Of a DNA stretch of 32,000 nucleotides, positions 1-10,028 are shown one piece after another. Below the pieces are notes generated by a model that did not search any database, was not told the origin of the DNA, and saw only the letters and a program-made list of their open reading frames with translations. The stretch's first letter is position 1, and each line of letters opens with the position of its first letter. The position numbers and the translations under genes were made by a program. Source of the DNA: Wigglesworthia glossinidia endosymbiont of Glossina morsitans morsitans (Yale colony) (GTDB lineage Bacteria > Pseudomonadota > Gammaproteobacteria > Enterobacterales > Enterobacteriaceae); NCBI RefSeq assembly GCF_000247565.1, contig NC_016893.1:480001-512000 (forward strand). Direction: 5' to 3'.

Positions 1-738
1 AAGAAATTCTGCTTTTTTAATATAATTTAGTTCTTTTAAAGATTTTCCAATGCTATATCCTTGTGATAATAAAAACGTATTAGCAATTCCGCCTCCAATT
101 ATAATTTTATCGGAAATCTTCGATAATTTTTTAATTACATTAAATTTAGTTGCGATTTTAGATCCTCCGAGAACTGTGACAACTGGACGTTCTGAATTTC
201 TTAAAACTTTTTTGAGATATTTTATTTCTTTTTTAAAAAGTATCCCAATACAACTTTGAGGTGCAAATTTAATTATGCCATATGTAGATGATTCTAGTCG
301 ATGTGAAGCTCCAAATGCATCCATAACAAATATATCACATAAGTTAGCGTATTTTTTTGACAATATTATGTCGTTATTTTTTTCGCCTTTATTAAAGCGT
401 ACATTTTCTAATACTAAAAGTTCATCTCTTCGTGATTCAAAACCATTCAAGTAGTTTCTAACTAATCTTACCGGATAATGAATATATTTTTGTAATATTT
501 TAACGATTGGTTGTAAAGAATATTTTTTATTATATTTTTCGTCTTTAGGTCTTCCAAGATGTGATACAACAATTACAGATTTGGCATGACTTTTTAAAGC
601 AAAATCTATTGTCGCAATAGATTTTTGAATTCGTATATCACAAATAACCTTGTTGTTTTGAATTGGAACATTAAAATCAGTACGTATTAATATTGATTTA
701 TTTTTTAAATAAAAATCAGTTATGCATGGAATTTTCAT
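1..738 (-). CDS. pgk: Phosphoglycerate kinase, N-terminal part, running off the left edge
   Basis: Manual minus-strand translation from ATG at 738: MKIPCITDFYLKNKSILIRTDFNVPIQ...SHLGRPKDEKYN...LVRNYLNG...ELLVLENVRFNKGEKNN...FVMDAFGASHRLESSTYGI...RPVVTVLGGSKIATKL...; the RTDFNVP, SHLGRP, LENVRF and DAFG motifs are typical of PGK. Confidence 0.95.
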   Translation of the reverse strand, partial: MKIPCITDFYLKNKSILIRTDFNVPIQNNKVICDIRIQKSIATIDFALKSHAKSVIVVSHLGRPKDEKYNKKYSLQPIVKILQKYIHYPVRLVRNYLNGFESRRDELLVLENVRFNKGEKNNDIILSKKYANLCDIFVMDAFGASHRLESSTYGIIKFAPQSCIGILFKKEIKYLKKVLRNSERPVVTVLGGSKIATKFNVIKKLSKISDKIIIGGGIANTFLLSQGYSIGKSLKELNYIKKAEFL

Positions 739-1159
739 ACGAAATTGTAAATAATAATATTAGATATATATTAGAATATATCATTTTTAAAATTTAAATA
801 CTTATAAAAAAATTTTAAAATATTTGTAGATTAAAATAAAGTTGAATTTTTCTTAAATTCGTTTAAAATTTAATAAATTTTAATTTTTAAAATATTTTTG
901 ATCTATTAATTATATTTAGCAAACTAGAATTATTTATCGTATACAACTAATTATATCATAATATATAAATAAGAAACATCGATATAAATTTTAAAAAAAT
1001 TAATAAGATTTTTAATTTTTTATAAAGTTAAATAAAAATTTAGAAAAATCTAATTTAGATACATTATTATGAAACAAAGTTTTCAATAATATAAAAATTT
1101 TATTTTAACTATATCAATACATGATATAATATCATAATATTATTAAAAATGGATTTAAG

Positions 1160-1501
1160 ATGGATTATCAAGATAATATTCAAGAAATTAATGACAATGA
1201 TTTTAATATAGTAGTATTACAATCTAAAAGTCCTGTTTTAGTTGATTTTTGGGCAGAATGGTGTTCTCCATGTAAATCTATGATTCCTATTTTACAAGAT
1301 ATATCAAAGAAGTATGTTAAAAAATTAAAATTAGTCAAAATAAATATAGAGAAAAATGCAATTATTCAAGAAAAATATCTAATTCGAAGCATACCCACTT
1401 TACTATTGTTTTTTAATCAAAATTTATTAGGAACTAAAATTGGAGTATCTTCGCAAAAAGAATTAGAATTTTTTATTGATAGCTATTTAAAAAAATTGTA
1501 G
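1160..1501 (+). CDS. trxA: Thioredoxin 1 (active site CSPC)
   Basis: 113 aa; VLVDFWAEWCSPCKSMIPIL, IRSIPTLLLF; lies next to rho as in Enterobacterales. Confidence 0.93.
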   Translation: MDYQDNIQEINDNDFNIVVLQSKSPVLVDFWAEWCSPCKSMIPILQDISKKYVKKLKLVKINIEKNAIIQEKYLIRSIPTLLLFFNQNLLGTKIGVSSQKELEFFIDSYLKKL

Positions 1502-1757
1502 TTTATTGATTTAAATATATAAAATAAAAACAAAGTAAAAATATTTTTTTTATTTAAATTTTTTATATAAACTTAAATTAAAAAAAAATACTGAAAATAT
1601 AATTAATATTATGTTTAAATTTATCAGTACGTAAGTTCATGTAAAAATAGTATAGTATAAAAAATTTTAATTTTTTCTAAAATTAGAATAAAAACTTTAT
1701 ATCAAGTGATTTAAAATATGATTATAAATCAATACCCGTCACCATCATTTCATGATT

Positions 1758-3017
1758 ATGAATCTTACCGAACTAAAAAATAAGCCGGTTTCAGACTTAG
1801 TTACTCTCGGCGAAAATATGGGATTAGAAAACCTTGCTCGCATGCGTAAACAAGATATTATTTTTGCTACCTTAAAACAACACGCTAAAAGTGGAGAAGA
1901 TATTTTTGGCGATGGCGTATTAGAAATATTACAAGATGGCTTTGGATTTTTACGATCAAGTGATAGCTCATATCTTGCCGGTCCAGATGATATTTATGTT
2001 TCTCCTAGTCAAATTAGGCGGTTTAATTTGCGTACAGGAGACACAATTTCTGGAAAAATTAGACCTCCAAAAGAAGGAGAACGATATTTTGCACTACTGA
2101 AAGTAGACGAAGTTAATCACGATAAACCAGAAAATTCTCGTAATAAAATTTTATTTGAAAACTTAACACCTCTACATGCAAACTCTCGTTTGAAAATGGA
2201 GCGAGGCAATGGATCTACAGAAGATCTTACTACACGAGTGCTAGATTTAGCGGCACCAATTGGCAGAGGTCAACGTGGATTGATAGTAGCTCCTCCTAAA
2301 GCAGGAAAAACAATCTTGCTACAAAATATTGCACAAAGTATTTCATATAATTACCCGGAGTGCGTTTTAATAGTTTTATTAATTGATGAGCGTCCCGAAG
2401 AAGTTACTGAAATGCAAAGATTAGTTAAGGGAGAAGTTATTGCATCAACTTTTGACGAACCAGCATCGCGTCACGTACAAGTATCTGAAATGGTTATTGA
2501 GAAAGCAAAAAGATTAGTAGAACATAAAAAAGATGTCATTATTTTGCTAGATTCAATTACAAGATTAGCGCGTGCATATAACACGGTAGTACCTGCATCC
2601 GGAAAAGTATTGACCGGGGGAGTAGATGCTAATGCATTACATCGTCCAAAAAGATTTTTTGGAGCTGCTAGAAATATGGAAGAAGGCGGTAGCTTAACAA
2701 TTATTGCCACAGCATTAATTGATACTGGATCCAAAATGGATGAAGTTATATATGAAGAATTTAAAGGAACCGGTAACATGGAACTACATTTATCAAGAAA
2801 AATAGCTGAAAAACGTGTATTTCCTGCTATTGATTACAACAGATCCGGGACAAGAAAAGAAGAATTACTAACTAGCACTGAAGAACTACAGAAAATGTGG
2901 ATTCTAAGAAGAATTATTCATCCTATGAATGAAATTGACGGTATGGAATTTTTGATGAATAAATTATCTATGACAAAAACTAATAATGAATTTTTTGAAA
3001 TGATGAAACGTTCTTAA
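1758..3017 (+). CDS. rho: Transcription termination factor Rho
   Basis: Near full-length similarity to E. coli Rho ([37 protein letters not shown]...[15 protein letters not shown]...[15 protein letters not shown]). The track ORF begins at 1752; the conserved start is the second Met at 1758. Confidence 0.98.
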   Translation: MNLTELKNKPVSDLVTLGENMGLENLARMRKQDIIFATLKQHAKSGEDIFGDGVLEILQDGFGFLRSSDSSYLAGPDDIYVSPSQIRRFNLRTGDTISGKIRPPKEGERYFALLKVDEVNHDKPENSRNKILFENLTPLHANSRLKMERGNGSTEDLTTRVLDLAAPIGRGQRGLIVAPPKAGKTILLQNIAQSISYNYPECVLIVLLIDERPEEVTEMQRLVKGEVIASTFDEPASRHVQVSEMVIEKAKRLVEHKKDVIILLDSITRLARAYNTVVPASGKVLTGGVDANALHRPKRFFGAARNMEEGGSLTIIATALIDTGSKMDEVIYEEFKGTGNMELHLSRKIAEKRVFPAIDYNRSGTRKEELLTSTEELQKMWILRRIIHPMNEIDGMEFLMNKLSMTKTNNEFFEMMKRS

Positions 3018-3083
3018 AAACTTATTACAGTGATGTATAATTTATATTTACGAACAAATACTTAATATAATTAAAAATTTCTC

Positions 3084-4235
3084 ATGTATAAAAAAACTGT
3101 AATCCCTTTTAATCAACCAACTTTAATTGGTACAGAAAAAAAATATGTTAGTATTGCAATAAAAAATAATACTTTATCCGGAGATGGAGAATTTTCGCAT
3201 CTTTGTTCACGTTGGTTGGAAAAAAATTTGAGAGTTAAGAAAGTTTTTCTTACACCTTCATGTACAGATGCATTAGAAATGGCTGCAATAATTTTGAATA
3301 TTCAAAAAGAAGACGAAATTATTATGCCAAGCTATACATTTGTATCTACTGCAAACGCATTTGTATTACGAGGAGCAAAAATTATTTTTATAGATATTAG
3401 ACCTGATACGCTAAATATTGATGAAAAATTAATTGAATCTGCAATTACAAAAAAAACTAAAGCTATCGTAGTTATTCATTATGGAGGCATATCCTGCGCA
3501 ATGGATACAATCAAAAATATATCAAAAAAATATAAGCTTTGGATTATAGAAGATAGCGCACAAAGTATTTTAGCAAAATATAAAAATTTTTATTTAGGCA
3601 GTATCGGTCATCTTGGATGTTTAAGTTTTCATAGCACAAAAAACTTAACTTCTGGAGGAGAAGGAGGAGCAATTTTAATTAACGATGAATCGTTAATTGA
3701 AAGAGCAAAAATAATTAGAGAAAAAGGAACAAACCGTTCATTATTAATTGAAGGTAAAATAGACAAATATACTTGGCACAGTTTAGGTTCTAGTTACTTA
3801 ATGTCGGATCTTCAAGCAGCTTATTTATGGGCACAATTAAAACTTTCAGAAAATATTCACATAAAAAGAATGAAATTATGGAATAACTATTTCCATAGCT
3901 TAAAAACTTCAAATTTTTTTGATATTCCAATTTTTCCTAAATATTGCCAGCATAATGCACATACGTTTTATCTCAAATTCAAAAATTACAAGGATTGTAA
4001 TTTTTTTATAAAATATATGCGTAAAAATGGTATAAACGTTGCGCAACACTATGCTCCTTTGCATTTAAGTCCTGCTGGAATAAAATTTGGTAAGCTTTTT
4101 GGAAATGATATACATACAAATTTTATTAGTAAAAATTTAGTACGTTTACCTTTATTTTTCAACTTAGATCAAAAAAATCAAAAATATATTATATGTAATA
4201 TACATAAATTTATAAATACTTATAAACAAAAATGA
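3084..4235 (+). CDS. wecE: dTDP-4-amino-4,6-dideoxygalactose transaminase (DegT/DnrJ/EryC1/StrS PLP aminotransferase, WecE/RffA)
   Basis: IPFNQPTLIGTEKKYV, LTPSCTDALEMAA, EIIMPSYTFVSTANAFVLRGAKI, SFHSTKNLTSGGEGGA (PLP Lys retained), GSSYLMSDLQAAYLWAQL. Confidence 0.93.
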   Translation: MYKKTVIPFNQPTLIGTEKKYVSIAIKNNTLSGDGEFSHLCSRWLEKNLRVKKVFLTPSCTDALEMAAIILNIQKEDEIIMPSYTFVSTANAFVLRGAKIIFIDIRPDTLNIDEKLIESAITKKTKAIVVIHYGGISCAMDTIKNISKKYKLWIIEDSAQSILAKYKNFYLGSIGHLGCLSFHSTKNLTSGGEGGAILINDESLIERAKIIREKGTNRSLLIEGKIDKYTWHSLGSSYLMSDLQAAYLWAQLKLSENIHIKRMKLWNNYFHSLKTSNFFDIPIFPKYCQHNAHTFYLKFKNYKDCNFFIKYMRKNGINVAQHYAPLHLSPAGIKFGKLFGNDIHTNFISKNLVRLPLFFNLDQKNQKYIICNIHKFINTYKQK

Positions 4236-4445
4236 TATTTTTTAAATACAATATTCAAAATATTTTAAAATATTGTTTTAACAGTTTTTTTATAGCTGTA
4301 AATTATGTAAAATCGTATTTTAAATTTAATTTCACTAATGTTTTCAGTATTTTATTTAAAAATTTATATAAATACTGTATATTGCATAATAAGATTAATT
4401 TTTTAAAAAATTAAACTAACTCGTATATAAAAATTAATATTTTGA

Positions 4446-4520
4446 GCGCCCGTAGCTCAAATAGGATAGAGCATTGCTTTCCGAAAGCAAAGGTTTCAGG
4501 TTCAAATCCTGTCGGGCGTT
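4446..4520 (+). tRNA. argX: tRNA-Arg(CCG), argX-like
   Basis: gcgcccgtagctcaaataggatagagcattgctttccgaaagcaaaggtttcaggttcaaatcctgtcgggcgt; acceptor stem GCGCCCG/CGGGCGT, anticodon stem-loop TTGCT-TTCCGAA-AGCAA; no encoded CCA. Confidence 0.95.
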
Positions 4521-4533
4521 TAAAGCTTTATAT

Positions 4534-4607
4534 GGTGATTGTAGCTCAGTCGGTAGAGCCCTGGATTGTGATTCCAGTTGTCGTGGGTTCGAATCCCATC
4601 AATCACC
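4534..4607 (+). tRNA. hisR: tRNA-His(GTG)
   Basis: ggtgattgtagctcagtcggtagagccctggattgtgattccagttgtcgtgggttcgaatcccatcaatcacc; G-1:C73 pair present; anticodon GTG; followed by CAA rather than CCA. Confidence 0.95.
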
Positions 4608-4656
4608 CAAAAGATAGCAGCAGTATGTTTTAAATAGTTTATAATCATTTAAAATT

Positions 4657-4730
4657 CGGCGAGTAGCGCAGCTTGGTAGCGCAACTGGTTTGGGACCAGT
4701 AGGTCGGAGGTTCAAATCCTCTCTCGCCGA
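4657..4730 (+). tRNA. proM: tRNA-Pro(TGG)
   Basis: cggcgagtagcgcagcttggtagcgcaactggtttgggaccagtaggtcggaggttcaaatcctctctcgccga; near-identical to enterobacterial proM; anticodon TGG; no encoded CCA. Confidence 0.96.
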
Positions 4731-4863
4731 TTTAATCAAAAAATATAATGCAAATTATTTTATAATATTTAACTAAAATTTTATATGCTAATATGATTAT
4801 GTTTATCAATTCAATTAAATTGAAGCAATTAAAAATTTAAACTACTAGATTACAATACTTATC

Positions 4864-5421
4864 ATGATTTATATTACTAAAAAAGCACAAAAATATATTT
4901 CGAAATTATTATGCAATCAACCAAAAAAAACACACATTAAATTATTAATACTATCCCCTAATACCGAAAACATAAAATGTCAAGTCGAATATTATATTCC
5001 ACAAGTTCAATTTTCTGATAAAGAAAAAAAATTTAAATTTTCTAATTTTAATGTATATATAAATAAAGCAAATATTATGACAATTAATTATATTCGTATT
5101 AGATTAAAAGAAAATAATTTAAATAAGCAAATCATTGTGAATATTTCAACAAGCAAATTAAATTTAAAACAAAAATTGTCTGCTTTTATTCAATCTAAAA
5201 TTAATACATTTCTAATGCAACATAAAGGTTACGTAGAGTTAATTGATGTCACAGAAGACATGTTTGTTTTAATAAAATTTTTTGGAGGATGCAACGGATG
5301 TGCTATGGCAAATATTACTTTACAAGAAGGCATCGAAAAAGAAATAAAAAAATTTTTTCCTGAAATTAAAGGTGTTCAGGATATAACACAACATGTACGT
5401 AATAATAGTTCTTATTATTAA
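4864..5421 (+). CDS. nfuA: Fe-S biogenesis protein NfuA
   Basis: 185 aa; C-terminal Nfu domain FFGGCNGCAMANITLQEGIEKEIKKFFPEIKGVQDITQHVRNNSSYY with CxxC and HESB-like N-terminal domain. Confidence 0.95.
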   Translation: MIYITKKAQKYISKLLCNQPKKTHIKLLILSPNTENIKCQVEYYIPQVQFSDKEKKFKFSNFNVYINKANIMTINYIRIRLKENNLNKQIIVNISTSKLNLKQKLSAFIQSKINTFLMQHKGYVELIDVTEDMFVLIKFFGGCNGCAMANITLQEGIEKEIKKFFPEIKGVQDITQHVRNNSSYY

Positions 5422-6015
5422 ATTTTATTATTTTTTATTTTTTAATAAAAAATTATATTATCTTAATATAAGATAAAATTTAAATTACTATATCTTTAAA
5501 TAAAAACTTTAAGAATTATCTACACAACAATGAAATAGTAATAATTTATTAAGCACTGAATTGCATTCGCATATAATGCATAACTGTACAAATTAACATA
5601 TCCGTTGGAATTTAAAAAATAAATAATTAATTTTTATTAAAATTTATTTAAAAATTTATTTGAAAAAAATTTTAAAATTATATGTATGTATCTTATTAAA
5701 TTGAAATAATAAATAGAAAATACTTTTAATTTGCAAACAATTAAATTTTACATAATTTTTAAAATTACTGCATAATAAAAATATCTAAATTAGTTTTCTT
5801 ATAAATAGAATTCTCCTATTCTTTTTTTTAACAGGTAAAATAGATTTTCACATATACAGATAAATGAATAATTTAGATCATTTCTATAAATGTATATTTT
5901 TAACGTAAATAAAAATTATTAATAAATTTTACAGAAAAAATTGTTTTATTTTAAATAATTTTGATTAAAAAATAGTTGCGAGAAAATTTTTGATATACAT
6001 AAAAATAGAACTTTC

Positions 6016-6037
6016 GATCGCAATTTTAATTGCGATC
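6016..6037. repeat. Perfect 10-bp inverted repeat with 2-nt centre
   Basis: GATCGCAATT-TT-AATTGCGATC in an otherwise very AT-rich spacer. Confidence 0.85.
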
Positions 6038-6238
6038 ATGCGTTATCAAAAAATAAGTTATTTTTTAAATTTTACACATAAAAAAATATTAAATAGTTAA
6101 TTTTATATATTAATTTATTTATAAGATTATTTATTTAACGAATTAAATTTTAATAATTTAAAAAATTAAAATTTTTTCGATTAAAAATAAATTTTGGATG
6201 TATTGTAATAATAATTAAGTATTTTTGATAAAAATGAT

Positions 6239-6772
6239 TTAAATTTCTATATTTTGAAAATTTGTCATATCTCTAAATAGTCCTACTTTTAAATCACTTG
6301 CTGTATAAATAATTTTTCCGTCACAAATTAACTCTCCATCCGCCATTCCCATGCATAATTTTCTGTTAATTATACGACGAAAATGAATATGATATATTAC
6401 TGTTTTAGCACTAGGCAAAATTTGTCCAGAAAATTTTACCTCGCGTACCCCTAAAGCTCTTCCTTTACCTTCTCCTCCTAACCATCCTAAATAAAATCCA
6501 ACTAATTGCCACATTGCATCTAATCCTAAACATCCCGGCATAACTGGATCATCAATAAAGTGACAATGAAAAAACCACATATTAGGATGAATATCTAATT
6601 CCGCTTTTACGAAACCTTTGTTATAATGACCTCCGTCTTCTGTTACAGTTATAAGACGATCAATCATAAGCATGTTAGGCGCTGGAAGTTGTGGGCCATT
6701 TTTCCCAAACAATTCTCCTCGACTTGAAGATAATAGATCTTCTTTTGTATAAAATTTACGTTTTTTTAACAT
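6239..6772 (-). CDS. fabA: 3-hydroxydecanoyl-ACP dehydratase/isomerase FabA
   Basis: 177 aa; [88 protein letters not shown]. Confidence 0.97.
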   Translation of the reverse strand: MLKKRKFYTKEDLLSSSRGELFGKNGPQLPAPNMLMIDRLITVTEDGGHYNKGFVKAELDIHPNMWFFHCHFIDDPVMPGCLGLDAMWQLVGFYLGWLGGEGKGRALGVREVKFSGQILPSAKTVIYHIHFRRIINRKLCMGMADGELICDGKIIYTASDLKVGLFRDMTNFQNIEI

Positions 6773-6781
6773 ATGCTTACC

Positions 6782-6801
6782 TTTTCTGAAGAATCAGAAA
6801 A
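6782..6801 (-). promoter_or_regulatory. Hairpin immediately upstream of the fabA start
   Basis: Minus strand TTTTCTGA-TTCT-TCAGAAAA-GGTAAGCAT-ATG: 8-bp stem, 4-nt loop, the 3' arm touching the likely Shine-Dalgarno. Confidence 0.4.
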
Positions 6802-7971
6802 TCTGTATAACTTAATATATAAAAACTTTTAAAAATTTCTGTTTTATTAATAACTATTATATTTTTAATATTGTTATATAAGTAAATGTCAGATGCATAA
6901 TATCTAGTTTAAAATTTAGTAAAAATATGATTTTAAATACTCTTTTGATAGTCATTATTAATGATATTTAAAATACTTTATTTGTCATTGAAAAAAAATT
7001 TTAACATTGATTTGTTAAAATTGATTATAATTTATCAGTTCAATTTAAAAATTGATGATATTAAAAAATAACTTAAATAAAATTATTAATAATATATGTG
7101 TATAAATTTTTAATTTATATTATCTATTTTTTAAAATAATTTTATGTGTTATAAAATCAGTTTTTTAACATCAAATTATTAAATAACTCATCAATCTAAA
7201 ATATTACAGTTAATTTAATTTAAAAATATAAATTTTTAAATATAATTAATTTAAGTTTTAGTTAAAAATTGACTTGTATCGTATTTCGATGTAACAAGTT
7301 CTTGACAAAGAACAGCATTTTTAGTTTTTAATACAAAAATAAATAATTACATATATTTGTAAAATTTTGAAAATAAAATTTTAGTTAAAATCTTAAAAAA
7401 TTTTATATTCACATATTAAAATTATTTATTTTTAGTCTATAAATTTTACGAACATATTTGAATTTTTTATCTTTTAAAAAATAAAAAAATTTAAAATATT
7501 AAATTTAATTTATCTGTTTTTATATTTTGAATTAGTTATATTTAAAACAGTGTTAATAAATATAAGTAATTGTATCACTATATAAATAAAACTTAATTTT
7601 TCACTAAATATTAATAATACAAAAACATAAAATATTCATAATGATCAATTTTAATATGAATATATAAAATAAAATTAATTAAAAATTTAATTGTTAAAAT
7701 TTTATTTTAACTCTAAAAATTAATCTATACAGATAAATATTTATATATAATTTGAATTTTTTTTATAGATATTTTTCAAATTATACTACAAATATGTACT
7801 AAAAAGTTAGTAGAAACTAAAGATACAAAAAAAATCAATAAATTTTTAAATTTAATAAATATTAAAAAATTAAGATAAGATATGCATAATAAACATCAAA
7901 AATAATAACATTTTACTAAAAAATATTAAATACTTTTTACTTATACAGTATATTTAAAATAAAAATTAAAA

Positions 7972-7999
7972 CTTGAAAACTTCATTTTCAGTCTCATAT
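7972..7999 (+). promoter_or_regulatory. Candidate sigma32 (heat-shock) promoter upstream of dnaK
   Basis: CTTGAA (7972-7977), 14 nt spacer, TCTCATAT (7992-7999), compared with consensus CTTGAA-N13/14-CCCCATNT; 42 bp upstream of the dnaK ATG. Confidence 0.65.
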
Positions 8000-8040
8000 C
8001 AAATGCACGATCATAAAAATTAGTTTTATGGAGATTTTAA

Positions 8041-9966
8041 ATGGGAAAAATTATTGGAATTGATTTAGGAACGACTAATTCTTGTGTTGCAGTTATTGAA
8101 AACGGACAAACACGAGTAATTGAAAATAGCGAAGGTGATCGAACAACTCCATCTATTATTGCGTATACAAAAGAAGGAGAAATTTTAGTTGGTCAACCCG
8201 CTAAACGTCAATCTGTTACTAATCCAAAAAATACATTTTTTGCTATCAAACGTTTAATTGGAAGACGTTTTAAAGATTCAGAAGTACAGCGTGACAAAAG
8301 TATTATGCCATATAAAATTGTTTCATCTGAAAACGGAGATGCATGGTTAGATGTTAAAGGACAAAATATTGCTCCTCCACAAATTTCTGCTGAAATTTTA
8401 AAAAAAATGAAAAAAACAGCAGAAGATTATCTCGGAGTAGAAGTGAAAGAAGCGGTAATTACTGTGCCAGCTTATTTTAATGATACACAACGACAAGCAA
8501 CAAAAGATGCCGGAAGAATAGCAGGTTTAGACGTAAAAAGAATTATTAATGAACCAACGGCTGCAGCATTAGCTTATGGACTAGATAAAAAAACAGGCAA
8601 TAGAATAATTGCAGTATATGATTTAGGAGGTGGTACATTTGATATTTCCATCATCGAAGTGGATGATGTTGACGGAGAAAAAACATTTGAAGTTTTATCT
8701 ACAAACGGAGATACTCATTTAGGCGGAGAAGATTTTGACAGTCAGTTAATTAAATATTTAGTAGATGAATTTAAAAAAGATCAAGGCATTGATTTGCGCA
8801 ATGATCCTTTAGCCATGCAAAGATTAAAAGAATCTGCTGAAAAAGCAAAAATTGAACTTTCTTCAGTACATCAAACAGACGTAAATCTACCATACATTAC
8901 TGCGGATGCTACTGGTCCAAAACACATGAATATCAAAGTTACACGTGCTAAATTAGAATCGTTGGTAGAAACATTAGTAACAAAAACTCTAGAACCATTA
9001 AAAATGGCTTTAAAAGATGCCAATCTAAAAATTACTGATATAAAAGACGTCATTTTAGTAGGTGGTCAAACAAGAATGCCATTAGTGCAAAAAAAAGTTA
9101 CTGACTTTTTTGGTAAAGATCCTAGAAAAGATGTTAATCCAGATGAAGCAGTAGCGATAGGTGCAGCAGTGCAAGGAGGAGTATTAGCCGGAGACGTGAA
9201 AGACGTATTATTACTTGATGTAACACCATTATCATTAGGTATTGAAACTATGGGGGGAGTTATGACCTCTTTAATTTCAAAAAATACAACTATTCCGACT
9301 AAACATAGTCAAATTTTTTCTACAGCCGAAGATAATCAATCTGCAGTTACTATTCATATATTACAAGGCGAACGAAAAAGAGCAAGAGATAACAAGTCTT
9401 TAGGACAATTTAATTTAGACGGCATAGCACCAGCTATGCGTGGAATGCCGCAAATTGAAGTAACTTTCGATATCGATGCAGACGGTATTCTTCATGTATC
9501 TGCTAAAGATAAAAATAGTGGAAGAGAACAAAAAATTACTATTAAAGCTTCCTCTGGATTAAACGAAGCAGAAATACAAAAAATGGTTAAAGAAGCAGAG
9601 GCAAACGTCGAATTTGATCGTCAATTTGAAGAATTAATTAAAACTAAAAATCAAGCAGATCATTTACTACATAGTACGAAAAAACAACTAAAAGATGCAA
9701 AAACATTGCCAGTTGAAAAAAGAACAGAAATAGAAAAGTCTCTTAATGCTTTAGAGTTATCTGTAAAAGGAGAAAATAAAAAAGAAATTGAAGAAAAAAT
9801 ACAATTATTAATACAATCAGCAAGCTGTTTAATTGAATTTTCTAAACAACAAAACACACCTAAAAATGAAGAAAGTTTAAAAGAAAACAAAAATAATAAT
9901 CAAAATAAATCTAGTGATGACGTAGTTGAAGCAGAATTTGAAGAAATTAAAGATAAAAAAAATTAA
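8041..9966 (+). CDS. dnaK: Molecular chaperone DnaK (Hsp70)
   Basis: 641 aa; [18 protein letters not shown]...[22 protein letters not shown]...[12 protein letters not shown]...; C-terminal [14 protein letters not shown]; GGAG ribosome binding site upstream. Confidence 0.99.
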   Translation: MGKIIGIDLGTTNSCVAVIENGQTRVIENSEGDRTTPSIIAYTKEGEILVGQPAKRQSVTNPKNTFFAIKRLIGRRFKDSEVQRDKSIMPYKIVSSENGDAWLDVKGQNIAPPQISAEILKKMKKTAEDYLGVEVKEAVITVPAYFNDTQRQATKDAGRIAGLDVKRIINEPTAAALAYGLDKKTGNRIIAVYDLGGGTFDISIIEVDDVDGEKTFEVLSTNGDTHLGGEDFDSQLIKYLVDEFKKDQGIDLRNDPLAMQRLKESAEKAKIELSSVHQTDVNLPYITADATGPKHMNIKVTRAKLESLVETLVTKTLEPLKMALKDANLKITDIKDVILVGGQTRMPLVQKKVTDFFGKDPRKDVNPDEAVAIGAAVQGGVLAGDVKDVLLLDVTPLSLGIETMGGVMTSLISKNTTIPTKHSQIFSTAEDNQSAVTIHILQGERKRARDNKSLGQFNLDGIAPAMRGMPQIEVTFDIDADGILHVSAKDKNSGREQKITIKASSGLNEAEIQKMVKEAEANVEFDRQFEELIKTKNQADHLLHSTKKQLKDAKTLPVEKRTEIEKSLNALELSVKGENKKEIEEKIQLLIQSASCLIEFSKQQNTPKNEESLKENKNNNQNKSSDDVVEAEFEEIKDKKN

Positions 9967-10028
9967 TTATTTTATTTAATATGATGAATAATATTTAAAA
10001 TATTAATTTTTGTGAAAAAGAGAAAAAA

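Noticed and set aside
50-259. 69-aa plus-strand ORF at the left edge
   Set aside because: Antisense to the real, partial pgk on the minus strand.
2471-2779. 102-aa minus-strand ORF inside rho
   Set aside because: Antisense shadow of a highly conserved rho coding region.
4232-4414. 60-aa ORF after wecE
   Set aside because: Low-complexity F/N/K/I-rich translation of AT-rich DNA, overlaps the wecE stop, no recognisable domain.
4442-4633. 63-aa ORF MSARSSNRIEHCFPKAKVSGSNPVGRL...
   Set aside because: Lies entirely over the tRNA-Arg and tRNA-His genes; typical spurious translation of tRNA sequence.
5430-5453. All-A/T inverted repeat ATTTTTTATT-TTTT-AATAAAAAAT after nfuA, possible terminator
   Set aside because: Pure A/T palindromes arise readily by chance at this composition and give a weak stem; not claimed as a terminator.
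8871-9890. Minus-strand ORFs 8871..9053 and 9660..9890 inside dnaK
   Set aside because: Antisense shadows of dnaK; no known domain.
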